Below are positions 42,320-51,026 of a stretch of DNA of 56,065 nucleotides, piece by piece (position 1 is the stretch's first letter; the number at the start of each line of letters is the position of its first letter). This DNA comes from a bacterium (GTDB taxonomy: Bacteria; Patescibacteriota; Microgenomatia; UBA1400; UBA12108). Position numbers and translations under genes: made by a program. The notes under the pieces were generated by a model. It was not told the origin of the DNA, searched no databases, and was given only the letters and a program-made list of their open reading frames with translations. The DNA lies in the NCBI GenBank assembly GCA_043827085.1, contig JBDRPO010000005.1, forward strand, positions 1 to 56,065, in the 5' to 3' direction.

Positions 42320-42647
42320 AGAATACTTAAAACATGTTCTCGACGAAATTAATTATTTAATTTCAACAACAGAAAATCTATCTGAAGAAAAATTTTCTCA
42401 AGATCAAACTTTCCAAAGAGCATTCACCAGAAGCCTAGAAATTATTGGCGAAGCCGTCAAGAATTTACCACTAGAATTTAGAACCCAAAATAACTCAATA
42501 GACTGGAAATCAATTACCGGCATGAGAGATCGATTAATTCATGGGTATTTTGGTGTCGATTATCAGATAGTCTGGGACGTCATCAAGAACGAAATCCCCA
42601 AGTTTAAACCTCAAATAGAACAACTTATTACAAAAACTCCTTCCTAA
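42303..42647 (+). CDS. HepT-like HEPN (DUF86) toxin
   Basis: RDRLIHGYFGVDY (Rx4HxY HEPN motif). 17-nt overlap with the MNT gene. Confidence 0.75.
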   Translation: MFKLPEEYLKHVLDEINYLISTTENLSEEKFSQDQTFQRAFTRSLEIIGEAVKNLPLEFRTQNNSIDWKSITGMRDRLIHGYFGVDYQIVWDVIKNEIPKFKPQIEQLITKTPS

Positions 42648-42744
42648 TAATTTCTCCCATCACCTACGAGGACTGTCCTTGCAGGCACAACCAATACACG
42701 CCTTTCTTCGTGACTCCGAAACATCAATATATCACACTTCCATG

Positions 42745-43425
42745 TCACGATCGGCTTGCCAACTGAATCCTCAGTTCTTTCAACAAATTATCTCTCACCC
42801 AATCCTTCTTCCTATATTCCATCACTTCGCCCAAACCCTGCAAAATATCATAATTCTCTGGTAATTCGTCCACTTTTTTTATCAACTCGACCCAATATTC
42901 ATCCATACCTATGCCCATTCTTGTCTTTACAATTCCTTTATTAAGCGGGAAGTCTTGTTCCAACATCCACCACACATCATATAGATCACGATTTTGTAGA
43001 TTTTTCCGGTCTATCACTGCACACAGCTTATGCGCCATCATATACTCTGGTTTCATGACTTTTATCGAATAACCGCGAAAATCCCGCTGCTCGTACTCAT
43101 TGGCATATTGTCGAGTATTAATCTCTACTTTTACTTTGTGTTCACCCTTCTCGTAACTCCCCATCCAATACCAGGTGAAACGCTTGGTTTTTTTATCTAC
43201 AATCGTTAAATTGTTCTTGATAATTTTACCCACCAATTCAATCTCCTTTTCTCCCCCATCGCCAATCAAATCAAAATCCAAATCAGTCGAAAACCTGTCT
43301 AATCCATAGAACAAATACAGGGCCGTCCCACCCTTAAAGCCCAACTTAGAAGCCAATCTTTTCTCACTCACCAAATCCAACAAAATTTTTATCATTATCT
43401 GTTTATGCTTCATTATGTTCAACAT
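42745..43425 (-). CDS. AbiEii/AbiGii-family nucleotidyltransferase toxin, copy 2
   Basis: FKGGTALYLFYGLDRFSTDLDFDL motif. Confidence 0.75.
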   Translation of the reverse strand: MLNIMKHKQIMIKILLDLVSEKRLASKLGFKGGTALYLFYGLDRFSTDLDFDLIGDGGEKEIELVGKIIKNNLTIVDKKTKRFTWYWMGSYEKGEHKVKVEINTRQYANEYEQRDFRGYSIKVMKPEYMMAHKLCAVIDRKNLQNRDLYDVWWMLEQDFPLNKGIVKTRMGIGMDEYWVELIKKVDELPENYDILQGLGEVMEYRKKDWVRDNLLKELRIQLASRS

Positions 43426-44014
43426 GCTGTTCCTCCCATAGTTGTTTCACTTTACGTATCACAACTTTTTTGTCATAAATTCGTGCTATTTTGTAAAGCA
43501 ATTCTTTCCTGGCTTTTCCTGTTCCTTCTAGTCCCACGCCCGGATACAAGTATAATGTATCTGTTATCGCCCGCTCCACACCTGCTATCCTACTTTGCTC
43601 AACTTCCTCAATTCCCAAATCGTCTAACAATACCGGGTTTTTAATTTTTTTGTATACAAAACGAATACCTTTTACCTGACGTGTGACGGCCCTGTTCGCT
43701 ACCGAATATATCTCATCGTAGTACTGAAAAACTATCCCCTCTCTCTTCAATGCTGTCCACAACGACACGTACGAATTAGGCACCAACTTATTGGCAATCT
43801 CATAAAGCAAGTTACCATTTTCTCGTAAATATTCTTCACTGTAGTCTTGAGAACTATATAAACCCCTTGCCAGAGTAAAAATCTGACTAGTTCTCACGTA
43901 ATGCTTGATCAACTCAAAAAGCTTAGTTTCATCGCTATATCCCCACAACACCGCCAAATCCTGCGCGGTAAACACGGTTTTATCAAGAGTCTGCACTAGC
44001 GATATTTTATTCAT
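43403..44014 (-). CDS. AbiEi-family antitoxin, copy 2
   Basis: Overlaps the AbiEii start by 23 nt. Start set at MNKISLVQTL...FTAQDLAVLWG (track start is 44128). Confidence 0.6.
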   Translation of the reverse strand: MNKISLVQTLDKTVFTAQDLAVLWGYSDETKLFELIKHYVRTSQIFTLARGLYSSQDYSEEYLRENGNLLYEIANKLVPNSYVSLWTALKREGIVFQYYDEIYSVANRAVTRQVKGIRFVYKKIKNPVLLDDLGIEEVEQSRIAGVERAITDTLYLYPGVGLEGTGKARKELLYKIARIYDKKVVIRKVKQLWEEQHVEHNEA

Positions 44015-44203
44015 ATTACTGGTAGTAATACTACCAGTAATCTTAATGAATGTCAATAACCAGATATCTCTCGCATCACTCTCTGCACCTCTAGTATCAA
44101 ATCTACCGCCGAGAAAAAACGTCCCCATCTTTTTTCAAGCACTTCCCTTATCAGAACCCCTTCTTTCCTGCAAGCAATCAAGAAAAAATGCTATACTCAA
44201 CCC

Positions 44204-44512
44204 ATGCAAACTCAAGGATATCCCTACTCTCAACTCAAGGCAGAACTCCGTCAAGTGGTGGGTAAACATATAGATCTCCAAAACTACCAAGCTTTTATTT
44301 TCGGCTCACGGACCAATGACCAGGGAGATGACCGTTCAGACATAGATATAGGTATCGAAGGCCAGTCCCCCCTCTCCGTCACCAAACTCGCCAATTTACG
44401 CGAAGATCTCGATAATCTTCCCACACTCTATTCTTTTGACGTCGTAGACTTCTCTACAGTTTCTGATAGTTTCAAAAAAACTGCTAAACTAGCCATAGAT
44501 CCTCTCAACTGA
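44204..44512 (+). CDS. Nucleotidyltransferase-domain protein (HI0073-like MNT)
   Basis: AFIFGSRTNDQGDDRSDIDIGIEG motif. Confidence 0.7.
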   Translation: MQTQGYPYSQLKAELRQVVGKHIDLQNYQAFIFGSRTNDQGDDRSDIDIGIEGQSPLSVTKLANLREDLDNLPTLYSFDVVDFSTVSDSFKKTAKLAIDPLN

Positions 44513-44514
44513 TT

Positions 44515-44895
44515 ATGTCTAAATACCAAGAACAAATCACTCAGCTCAAAGAGGCTACGTTAAGATTAGCCGAGGTATTAGCAGTCCCCAAAACCAGTAT
44601 TACGCGAGACTCTGCTATCCAGCGGTTTGAATTTTGTGTGGATCTCACCTGGAAAACTCTCAAAACACATCTAGAAGAAACGCATGGAGTGATCGTGAAA
44701 TCTCCCAAGGAAACCTTGCGGTCTGCTTATCAACAGGGTCTCCTCGAGTTTGATAATTCATGGATAGAATACGTTGATCTCCGCAACGAGACAGTCCACA
44801 CTTACAATGAACTTCTCGCAGAAAAAACTTATCAAGCTCTCCCCGCTTTTCTCAAATTACTCCAAACTCTCCTTACAAAACTAAACTCACTGTAA
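44515..44895 (+). CDS. HI0074-family nucleotidyltransferase substrate-binding (HEPN) protein
   Basis: AIQRFEFCVDLTWKTLKTHLE...RN.TVHTYNE pattern. 2-nt gap after the MNT gene. Confidence 0.7.
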   Translation: MSKYQEQITQLKEATLRLAEVLAVPKTSITRDSAIQRFEFCVDLTWKTLKTHLEETHGVIVKSPKETLRSAYQQGLLEFDNSWIEYVDLRNETVHTYNELLAEKTYQALPAFLKLLQTLLTKLNSL

Positions 44896-45671
44896 TCCTC
44901 CAAAGATCCGTTCTTTGTAATTTCCCCCAACACTTTCTGTGTCTCTGGAATTAACTCAGCTGCCGAGAAAAACGTCCCTACTCTCTTCTCCAACTTCTCT
45001 CCCGCCCTCTTATTTGCTCTCGAGGCTACCACACAGGCAGCGAATGCCGGCGACTTGGCATAGAGTGCGCTCACCAGGCCCGCGAGCACATCTCCCGTCC
45101 CCCCTTTAGTCATCCCCGCCGATTCACCTTCAATTTTTACTTTCTCCTCCCCATCACTCACGATGTCCACTGGTCCCTTAGAGAGCACCGTCACTCCTTT
45201 GGGGATCTTATCTCCCAAAATCTCCCTTTCGCGTAAGTTCGGCGTCACGATCATGTTCTTATTCAGCAGTCTTGGATCTACCTCTTGTAGCGCCCCACCA
45301 TCCACTACCCATTTCTTGTCCTGATATTTCCGGAGCAACCCGTTCACGATTTGTTTTGTTTCCTCTCCCCGCTCCATCCCCGGACCAATCAAAATAGCAT
45401 CATCTTCCTCTATATAATGCCCTACCTCCTCCCACGGCACCACGATCCCCTCCCAAAACTTACTTTTCGCCCGCACCCGCATCAGTTCATTGTTCTCCAC
45501 GGCCGGTGAGGAAAAGTGCACCATATCCACTATTTTTGCCGCCATGCAGGCCGACCAAAATGAGGCCGCGTGGAACAGTCTGCTCCCCCCAATCACGAGC
45601 ACCCGCCCGTTCTCTCCTTTATGGGAGTTCTTTTTTGGCAACACTATTTGCTTTACATATTTGTCTGGCAT
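44832..45671 (-). CDS. nnrD: NAD(P)H-hydrate dehydratase (YjeF C-terminal / carbohydrate kinase family)
   Basis: HKGENGRVLVIGGS and GGTGDVLAG motifs. The 3' end overlaps the convergent HEPN gene by 64 nt. Confidence 0.8.
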   Translation of the reverse strand: MPDKYVKQIVLPKKNSHKGENGRVLVIGGSRLFHAASFWSACMAAKIVDMVHFSSPAVENNELMRVRAKSKFWEGIVVPWEEVGHYIEEDDAILIGPGMERGEETKQIVNGLLRKYQDKKWVVDGGALQEVDPRLLNKNMIVTPNLREREILGDKIPKGVTVLSKGPVDIVSDGEEKVKIEGESAGMTKGGTGDVLAGLVSALYAKSPAFAACVVASRANKRAGEKLEKRVGTFFSAAELIPETQKVLGEITKNGSLEDYSEFSFVRRVWSNLRKAGRA

Positions 45672-45710
45672 AGTACAATTATACGAGATATATCTACAAA
45701 AAGGAGATTT

Positions 45711-45923
45711 ATGCCAGTCGCACCAACATTAGCAGAGAAAGGACTCGGAACAAATACATTAACTGGGACAAGGGTGGGATCAAATGACTTACTCTCAGGT
45801 AATATTTTAGATGTAACCCATGAAGTAAAAAAACCAGATCCATTAGTGGGTAGCGATGCTGGATCAAACGGTCTTATCCAAAATGATTTAGACAATATAA
45901 TTGAGGCAACAGAAGAGCAATAG
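45711..45923 (+). CDS. Small hypothetical protein (70 aa)
   Basis: SD AAGGAG lies 4 nt before ATG 45711. The track ORF starts upstream at 45570 inside nnrD. Confidence 0.45.
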   Translation: MPVAPTLAEKGLGTNTLTGTRVGSNDLLSGNILDVTHEVKKPDPLVGSDAGSNGLIQNDLDNIIEATEEQ

Positions 45924-45924
45924 C

Positions 45925-46992
45925 CTAGTCTAGCCGCACCACTTCCGCTCCCGGTAACATCTTAATCACCTCTTCTTCCGCCGAAGTCACGATGGTCTGC
46001 CGCCCCGCTGTCATTTTTACTACTTCTTCTCTATGTACTTGATCCAGCTCCGAAAAAATATCGTCCAGTAGTACCACGCTCTTCACCCCCAATTTCGACT
46101 CCATATACTCCATCGCGGCTAGTTTTAGAAATAGCACTCCCAGCCGCTGCTCTCCCCTACTCCCATAAACTAGTAAATTAATCTCTTTTTGTTTTGAATT
46201 TGGAATTTGATTATTGGAGCTTAAGACGACAAAGTCGTCTTTATGTGGTCCCACGAGCGTATACCCAACCGCCACCTCCGCCTCAGCATATTGAGCCAAT
46301 CTCGCAGGTGAAACCGTCGAGGCGTCATACTCTAGCCTATACTCCCCAAAACTAGTCTTGATATCGCTCAGACTCTCAAGGAATTTGCGGCGGTAATCCG
46401 TCACAATATTGCCGTTTTTGATGATCGACTGGTCCCAGTACGAAAGCTGCTCGCGCCGCGCTATCCCCTCGCGGATCGCGTCCAGAAGCTTATTCCTCCT
46501 CCGTAGTGACGCCTCATATACCGAGAGTGCTCGCCCATAATCCGGATGCGCCATACTCAAATTTTCGTCCAAAAATGCCCGTCGCCTCGGCGGCGAACCC
46601 TCGATAAGCCGCATATCCTCGGGACGAAATAGCGTCACCGGAAACTTGCCGGTAAACTTGGCTTTAGTCCGCGCCACCCCGTCCACTAAGTATCGCCGCT
46701 TTGGTGTCACCTTCCCCATGTACGCTCCGCGGGTCAAGACGATCGACAACTCCTGCCGCTCCTCGTTTACCTCGACTATTCCTGCAACTGATGCTACGTC
46801 CTTTCCCCACGCGATCATCTCTCCTGTCTCTCCCGCCCGCTCCGACTCCCCGGTAGAGAGTAGATATATTGCCTCGAGTAGATTCGTCTTCCCCGCTCCG
46901 TTTGGCGCAATGAGAACAGTTAGATCCCCCAAATTAAACGTCTGTTTCTTGTAACTGCGAAAGTTTTCTAATGTGACCCGCTCCAACCTCAT
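45925..46992 (-). CDS. recF: DNA replication and repair protein RecF
   Basis: N-terminal FRSY...APNGAGKTNLLEAIY, SRGEQR signature and Walker B LLDDI. Confidence 0.9.
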   Translation of the reverse strand: MRLERVTLENFRSYKKQTFNLGDLTVLIAPNGAGKTNLLEAIYLLSTGESERAGETGEMIAWGKDVASVAGIVEVNEERQELSIVLTRGAYMGKVTPKRRYLVDGVARTKAKFTGKFPVTLFRPEDMRLIEGSPPRRRAFLDENLSMAHPDYGRALSVYEASLRRRNKLLDAIREGIARREQLSYWDQSIIKNGNIVTDYRRKFLESLSDIKTSFGEYRLEYDASTVSPARLAQYAEAEVAVGYTLVGPHKDDFVVLSSNNQIPNSKQKEINLLVYGSRGEQRLGVLFLKLAAMEYMESKLGVKSVVLLDDIFSELDQVHREEVVKMTAGRQTIVTSAEEEVIKMLPGAEVVRLD

Positions 46993-47345
46993 TGCCTGAA
47001 TTGTACCTCATTACACGGCCTAATTTCTCCTACACATTATCTACTCCTTGAAGGATGTATAAAAAAACAATAGTACTATCGGACTTAATTCTGTTTCTAT
47101 AACAACGGCGTCATAGTCACAACAGAATTGCACGTTAACATCACAGCCATCTGATTTAAAAAGTTTCCTATATTTTTTGTTTTTGTCACATCCGACTCAT
47201 TTCCCCTCATCTATAGGGTAAAAAATCCACTTTTGGATAAACGGATAACCAAACAAGAAAAATAGTCAACAAACCAGATCAGACTCTCAGCCGCGCGGCG
47301 GTCATGATGAGAAGCCATTCTTCTCCTAATTAGGAAGGAGTACGA

Positions 47346-47567
47346 ATGCCGTACTTTAGACCTCCACCCTGGGCTATGCCAGATCCTCGATTTGGCAATT
47401 TGCCAAACCCGCGTGATTTCTACATCAGCGCGGACGGTCGCGTTTTCCTCAACCCACAAGATGCCATCAGTGCAAGTTTGGGTTTTGAAGACACTTCCGG
47501 CACGGGCGCAGGTTGCAGCCAAGATCCACGCAACATCCCCTTGTTGCCTCCGTATCTTTGCCGCTAA
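47346..47567 (+). CDS. Small Pro-rich hypothetical protein (73 aa)
   Basis: Strong SD GGAAGGAG lies 5 nt before the ATG. The overlapping minus-strand ORF 47211-47642 has an implausible composition. Confidence 0.45.
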   Translation: MPYFRPPPWAMPDPRFGNLPNPRDFYISADGRVFLNPQDAISASLGFEDTSGTGAGCSQDPRNIPLLPPYLCR

Positions 47568-47584
47568 TACCTGAGCTGTGATAA

Positions 47585-48709
47585 TTGAATAACTCCAGGA
47601 AGGATAAAGGTGGGTCCTGGCCAAACATGAGCATACGTTCAACCTTTCTCCTGTACGTCTATAATGTCATTATGTTGAAACCAACCATTCCTTCTCCCAA
47701 ACTTCGCAAATCTATCGAACGGTATTTTCAACGAATTCAAAATAATATCAAAACAATAGATAGTCATCAGATAGATTGGGAAACCATTATTTATGCTCAA
47801 CAATCACATACACAGTATTTCATTCCCGACTTAATCTCTCAAATTACCCATTCTCACGATCAAAAGAATCTCAATCAACTCCTCCAAAAACGCAAAAATC
47901 AATTGGCTGCTTTCAACACCCAATATCTCGATTTAATTCAGGCCCGCAATAACATTGCCAGACAAAACAGATACCCAGATTACTCTGCATTCCTCCTCCA
48001 TGACTTAAAAATCAAAATTACCAGCCGCCAAATTGTCTCTCTCATCCGTCAATATCTCATTCAAACCACCAACCGCGTCAATTCCATTCACACTCTCTGG
48101 GAAATCACTCAATCTCAATACCAAATTTGTACTCTATCCAAGCTCCCCACAATTAATCCCACAACTGGTATTACTCTCCTTGATCCCTATTATCCCCTAC
48201 TCTCTAGTCACACAAATAAAATTAATTATGTGAGTAGTGACAAATCTTCTACCCACTACAACCCCACCACCGACATATTTACGATTTCTCTTAATGAAAG
48301 AGAATGCTCCAACCATGCCATTATCGGCCTATTACATGAGCTATCTCACGTTGGTTTTATTCTCGCTCAATTTCAAGAAGATCGAAATCCATGGTTATTA
48401 GGAAAATATGTAAGTGAAATTTCTGTCGCCAAAACCCTATTCTTGGCACTTCCAATTATGTCTCCACAACTATGGATTTTGTACGAGCAAGAAAAACGCT
48501 TATTCTTAGTCAACATTCTCTTCCAACTTCTCGTATACTCTCAACCAACTAACCAACCCAATTTACTTTATCTCGAAGCTCTACGTCTAGCCTATCCCAA
48601 AGCCACATTTTCACCCGAAACCCAATATTTCTACCTCTTCCAAAAAAACCTTTTTAGTGAACCACTAAATGGCCTAGCTCAAGCCATAGCCCTAGTGGAA
48701 ACTATCTAG
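47585..48709 (+). CDS. Hypothetical HExxH protein (possible M3-like metallopeptidase), AT-rich orphan; start uncertain
   Basis: LLHELSHVGF motif. Candidate ATG starts at 47627 and 47672. Confidence 0.5.
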   Translation: MNNSRKDKGGSWPNMSIRSTFLLYVYNVIMLKPTIPSPKLRKSIERYFQRIQNNIKTIDSHQIDWETIIYAQQSHTQYFIPDLISQITHSHDQKNLNQLLQKRKNQLAAFNTQYLDLIQARNNIARQNRYPDYSAFLLHDLKIKITSRQIVSLIRQYLIQTTNRVNSIHTLWEITQSQYQICTLSKLPTINPTTGITLLDPYYPLLSSHTNKINYVSSDKSSTHYNPTTDIFTISLNERECSNHAIIGLLHELSHVGFILAQFQEDRNPWLLGKYVSEISVAKTLFLALPIMSPQLWILYEQEKRLFLVNILFQLLVYSQPTNQPNLLYLEALRLAYPKATFSPETQYFYLFQKNLFSEPLNGLAQAIALVETI

Positions 48710-48712
48710 TAA

Positions 48713-49513
48713 TTACTTCTGGCAATTCGTACACACCCACGTCCCTCTCCCTCCCACTACTATTCGCCGCAGCGGCATCCCACATTTATTGCATGGCTCC
48801 CCAGTCCGCCCATATACCAAAAATTCCTTTTGATACGACCCCTGTCCCCCATATGCATCGCGAAATGTGTTGTCCGAAGCGCCTCCGAGCGTCAGTCCCC
48901 GCTCCAAAACCCGACACAAACTGTCCCGCAGTTTTTTCACTTCTTTAACCCCCAAACTATTTGCAGGACGCCGCGGATCTATCCCGCTCTCCCACAATCC
49001 ATCGTTAGCGTAAATATTTCCTACCCCAGCTAACAAATTTTGATCAAGTATCGATTCTTTGATTGATCTCTTCGTCTTTTGCAATCTGCGCAACAGCTCA
49101 ATATCAGTAATCTCCCATGGCCCAGGACCCATTTTTTGTTTTAAACTGCCCACTGCCAACTGCACACTGTCAACCACTTTTATATATCCAAACATTCGTG
49201 TATCCCAGTAGTAAATTTTGCGCCCATCCGCGAGTTTGATTATCACTCTCGTATGATCCGCTGTTTCATACCACAAATTATTTATCACCAACCTCCCCGT
49301 CATTTTCAAATGGATCATGAGTCCCCTGCCAGACTCAAAGTACACAAACAAATACTTCCCCACCCTGCCCATCTCCACTATCCTCTCTCCTTTTAGCTCT
49401 TTACTCCCCTCATAGCATTTCTCCCGTCTCGCCTCCACTCCCACTATCACACTTCCGACTAGCTCTTTGGCTAGTTGTTTGCGGATTATCTCAACCTCAG
49501 GTAATTCTGGCAT
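48713..49513 (-). CDS. mutM: Formamidopyrimidine-DNA glycosylase (Fpg/Nei family)
   Basis: N-terminal MPELPEVE and C-terminal zinc finger CNKCG...CTNCQ. Start moved from 49612 to the conserved Pro2 Met. Confidence 0.9.
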   Translation of the reverse strand: MPELPEVEIIRKQLAKELVGSVIVGVEARREKCYEGSKELKGERIVEMGRVGKYLFVYFESGRGLMIHLKMTGRLVINNLWYETADHTRVIIKLADGRKIYYWDTRMFGYIKVVDSVQLAVGSLKQKMGPGPWEITDIELLRRLQKTKRSIKESILDQNLLAGVGNIYANDGLWESGIDPRRPANSLGVKEVKKLRDSLCRVLERGLTLGGASDNTFRDAYGGQGSYQKEFLVYGRTGEPCNKCGMPLRRIVVGGRGTWVCTNCQK

Positions 49514-49514
49514 A

Positions 49515-49910
49515 TTATTCGAGTCGTCTCTCCTCCAGTCGTGCGCGAACGTACAAAAGTGGGCAAAGTACAAGTACACAGTACCACGCTCCAGCCACGG
49601 ATCCATTCGCAAACGACAGTCCCAAAAAAGTCAGCATGATGGCCTTGTACATTGGGTGTTTAAGGTAGCCATACACTCCCCGCGTGACTCGTTTCTGGGT
49701 CCGCGGCAGCACCCCAAAGCTACTACCCAAATGTAGGTAGCTGAGGATCCACAACCCTATTCCCGTAACTGCTCCGATAAGTCCCCCAATTCGATACTCT
49801 AGGGGGATCTGCATTCGCTCGCCGTATACAATCAGCCACAATCCCCCCAAATACACTAATGGGATCCCCACCGTCCCATAAAACTCCCCCACATTTCTGA
49901 GCAATTTCAT
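49515..49910 (-). CDS. ICMT/PEMT-like membrane methyltransferase family protein (short)
   Basis: TRGVYGYLKHPMY...ARLEERRL C-terminal signature and 3-4 TM helices. Confidence 0.6.
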   Translation of the reverse strand: MKLLRNVGEFYGTVGIPLVYLGGLWLIVYGERMQIPLEYRIGGLIGAVTGIGLWILSYLHLGSSFGVLPRTQKRVTRGVYGYLKHPMYKAIMLTFLGLSFANGSVAGAWYCVLVLCPLLYVRARLEERRLE

Positions 49911-49928
49911 ATTTCTTCGCCATTTCTA

Positions 49929-49958
49929 ATGACATAATGATTTAAATCATTATGTCAT
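49929..49958. promoter_or_regulatory. Palindrome copy 4: ATGACATAATGATTTAAATCATTATGTCAT (30 bp, perfect)
   Basis: Lies 19 bp upstream of start 49910 and overlaps the stop of the GT4 gene. TGACATAAT reads on the minus strand. Confidence 0.6.
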
Positions 49959-51025
49959 ATCTTCTCGACTAATTTTCTGATATTTTTCTCAAAATTCGCT
50001 CGTCCAAACCTGCTCGCCCACTCTCGTATCTCCTCCCTCTTCCACTTGGTTTTCTCCATTTGTTTGATCCCCCCACCTATCACTTTCGCACTCGTCCCCT
50101 CGACAAATACTCCCGTTTTGCCCGGCACCACGCTCTCCAAGTATCCCCCAGCTTTGTATGCCAAAACTGGTGTCCCGCACAGCATCGACTCCACAACCGT
50201 CATCCCAAAATCCTCGTCGCGGGCAAGCGCCACAAATCCTTTGGCCCCTGCATATAATCCGGCTAACTCAGCGTCATCCACCCTCCCCATGTAGTCTATC
50301 TTTTCGCCCAAGCGCTTATCCACCACTTCCCCTACTATCTTAAGTTGTAGTCCAAGCTTCTTAAACGCCCGCACGGCCTCTAGTATCCCCTTCCCCCCGA
50401 CGATTCTCGAAATCATTAAATAATAATTCCCACGACTTACTGGAGTCTGGAGTCTGGAGTCTAACATCTCAACTGGAGGATAAACAATAGTTGATTTCTT
50501 CCGGTAAAACTTCTCGATTCTCCTTGCCACTTCTTGACTGTTAGCGATCCAAACATTCACTCTCTCGGCCGAACGAAAATCAAAATACCGCATAAACGGC
50601 CCCACAATCCACATAAACACTCGCCCCCACCATCTGCCCTGCGCTCCAGTAGGCGTATCGTATCCATAGAGCCACCTCGGTGGCGTATGGCAATACGCAA
50701 TCACTTTGGCATCCTTCCTCACTTTAAATCCTCGCGCTATATACCCCGAACAACTCGTAATTACGAAGTCATAGGCAGTTAAATCCACACTCCCCCAAAT
50801 CCACGGCAGCAAAAATCGGCAATAACTATACATTCGTCCAATTTTGAGAAACCACGCCCAGGGGCTCTCTACTATCTTTCGATCAAAAAACATTCCTCGC
50901 GCTGACCCTCGCTTAGCAAACGCCGTATAAATCGGCGCTTTGGGATACATCTCAGCAAGCACCCTGAGCACCCTCTCCGCCCCTCCCGCCTCATTCAAGT
51001 AGTCATGTACTAGTGCTATCTTCAT
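49955..51025 (-). CDS. Glycosyltransferase family 4 (GT-B)
   Basis: MKIALVHDYLNEAGGAERV N-terminus and E(x7)E-like DFGMTVVESMLCGTPV. Start set at MKIAL (track start is 51079). Confidence 0.8.
   Translation of the reverse strand: MKIALVHDYLNEAGGAERVLRVLAEMYPKAPIYTAFAKRGSARGMFFDRKIVESPWAWFLKIGRMYSYCRFLLPWIWGSVDLTAYDFVITSCSGYIARGFKVRKDAKVIAYCHTPPRWLYGYDTPTGAQGRWWGRVFMWIVGPFMRYFDFRSAERVNVWIANSQEVARRIEKFYRKKSTIVYPPVEMLDSRLQTPVSRGNYYLMISRIVGGKGILEAVRAFKKLGLQLKIVGEVVDKRLGEKIDYMGRVDDAELAGLYAGAKGFVALARDEDFGMTVVESMLCGTPVLAYKAGGYLESVVPGKTGVFVEGTSAKVIGGGIKQMEKTKWKREEIREWASRFGRANFEKNIRKLVEKI
50442..50469 (+). repeat. Heptamer array i (inside the GT4 gene): GGAGTCT x3, AACATCT
   Basis: Read directly. It encodes DSRLQTPVS. 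Confidence 0.85.
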
Positions 51026-51026
51026 C

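Noticed and set aside
47211-47642. A 143-aa minus-strand ORF overlapping the 73-aa plus-strand ORF.
   Set aside because: Its composition is Cys/Trp/Arg-rich and non-protein-like, and it has no SD. It runs antisense to an ORF that has a strong SD.
14544-50469. Whether the heptamer arrays or the 26-36 bp palindromes could be a CRISPR array.
   Set aside because: The repeat units are 7 nt with no spacers, and the palindromes are single copies kilobases apart. No cas genes are in the window.
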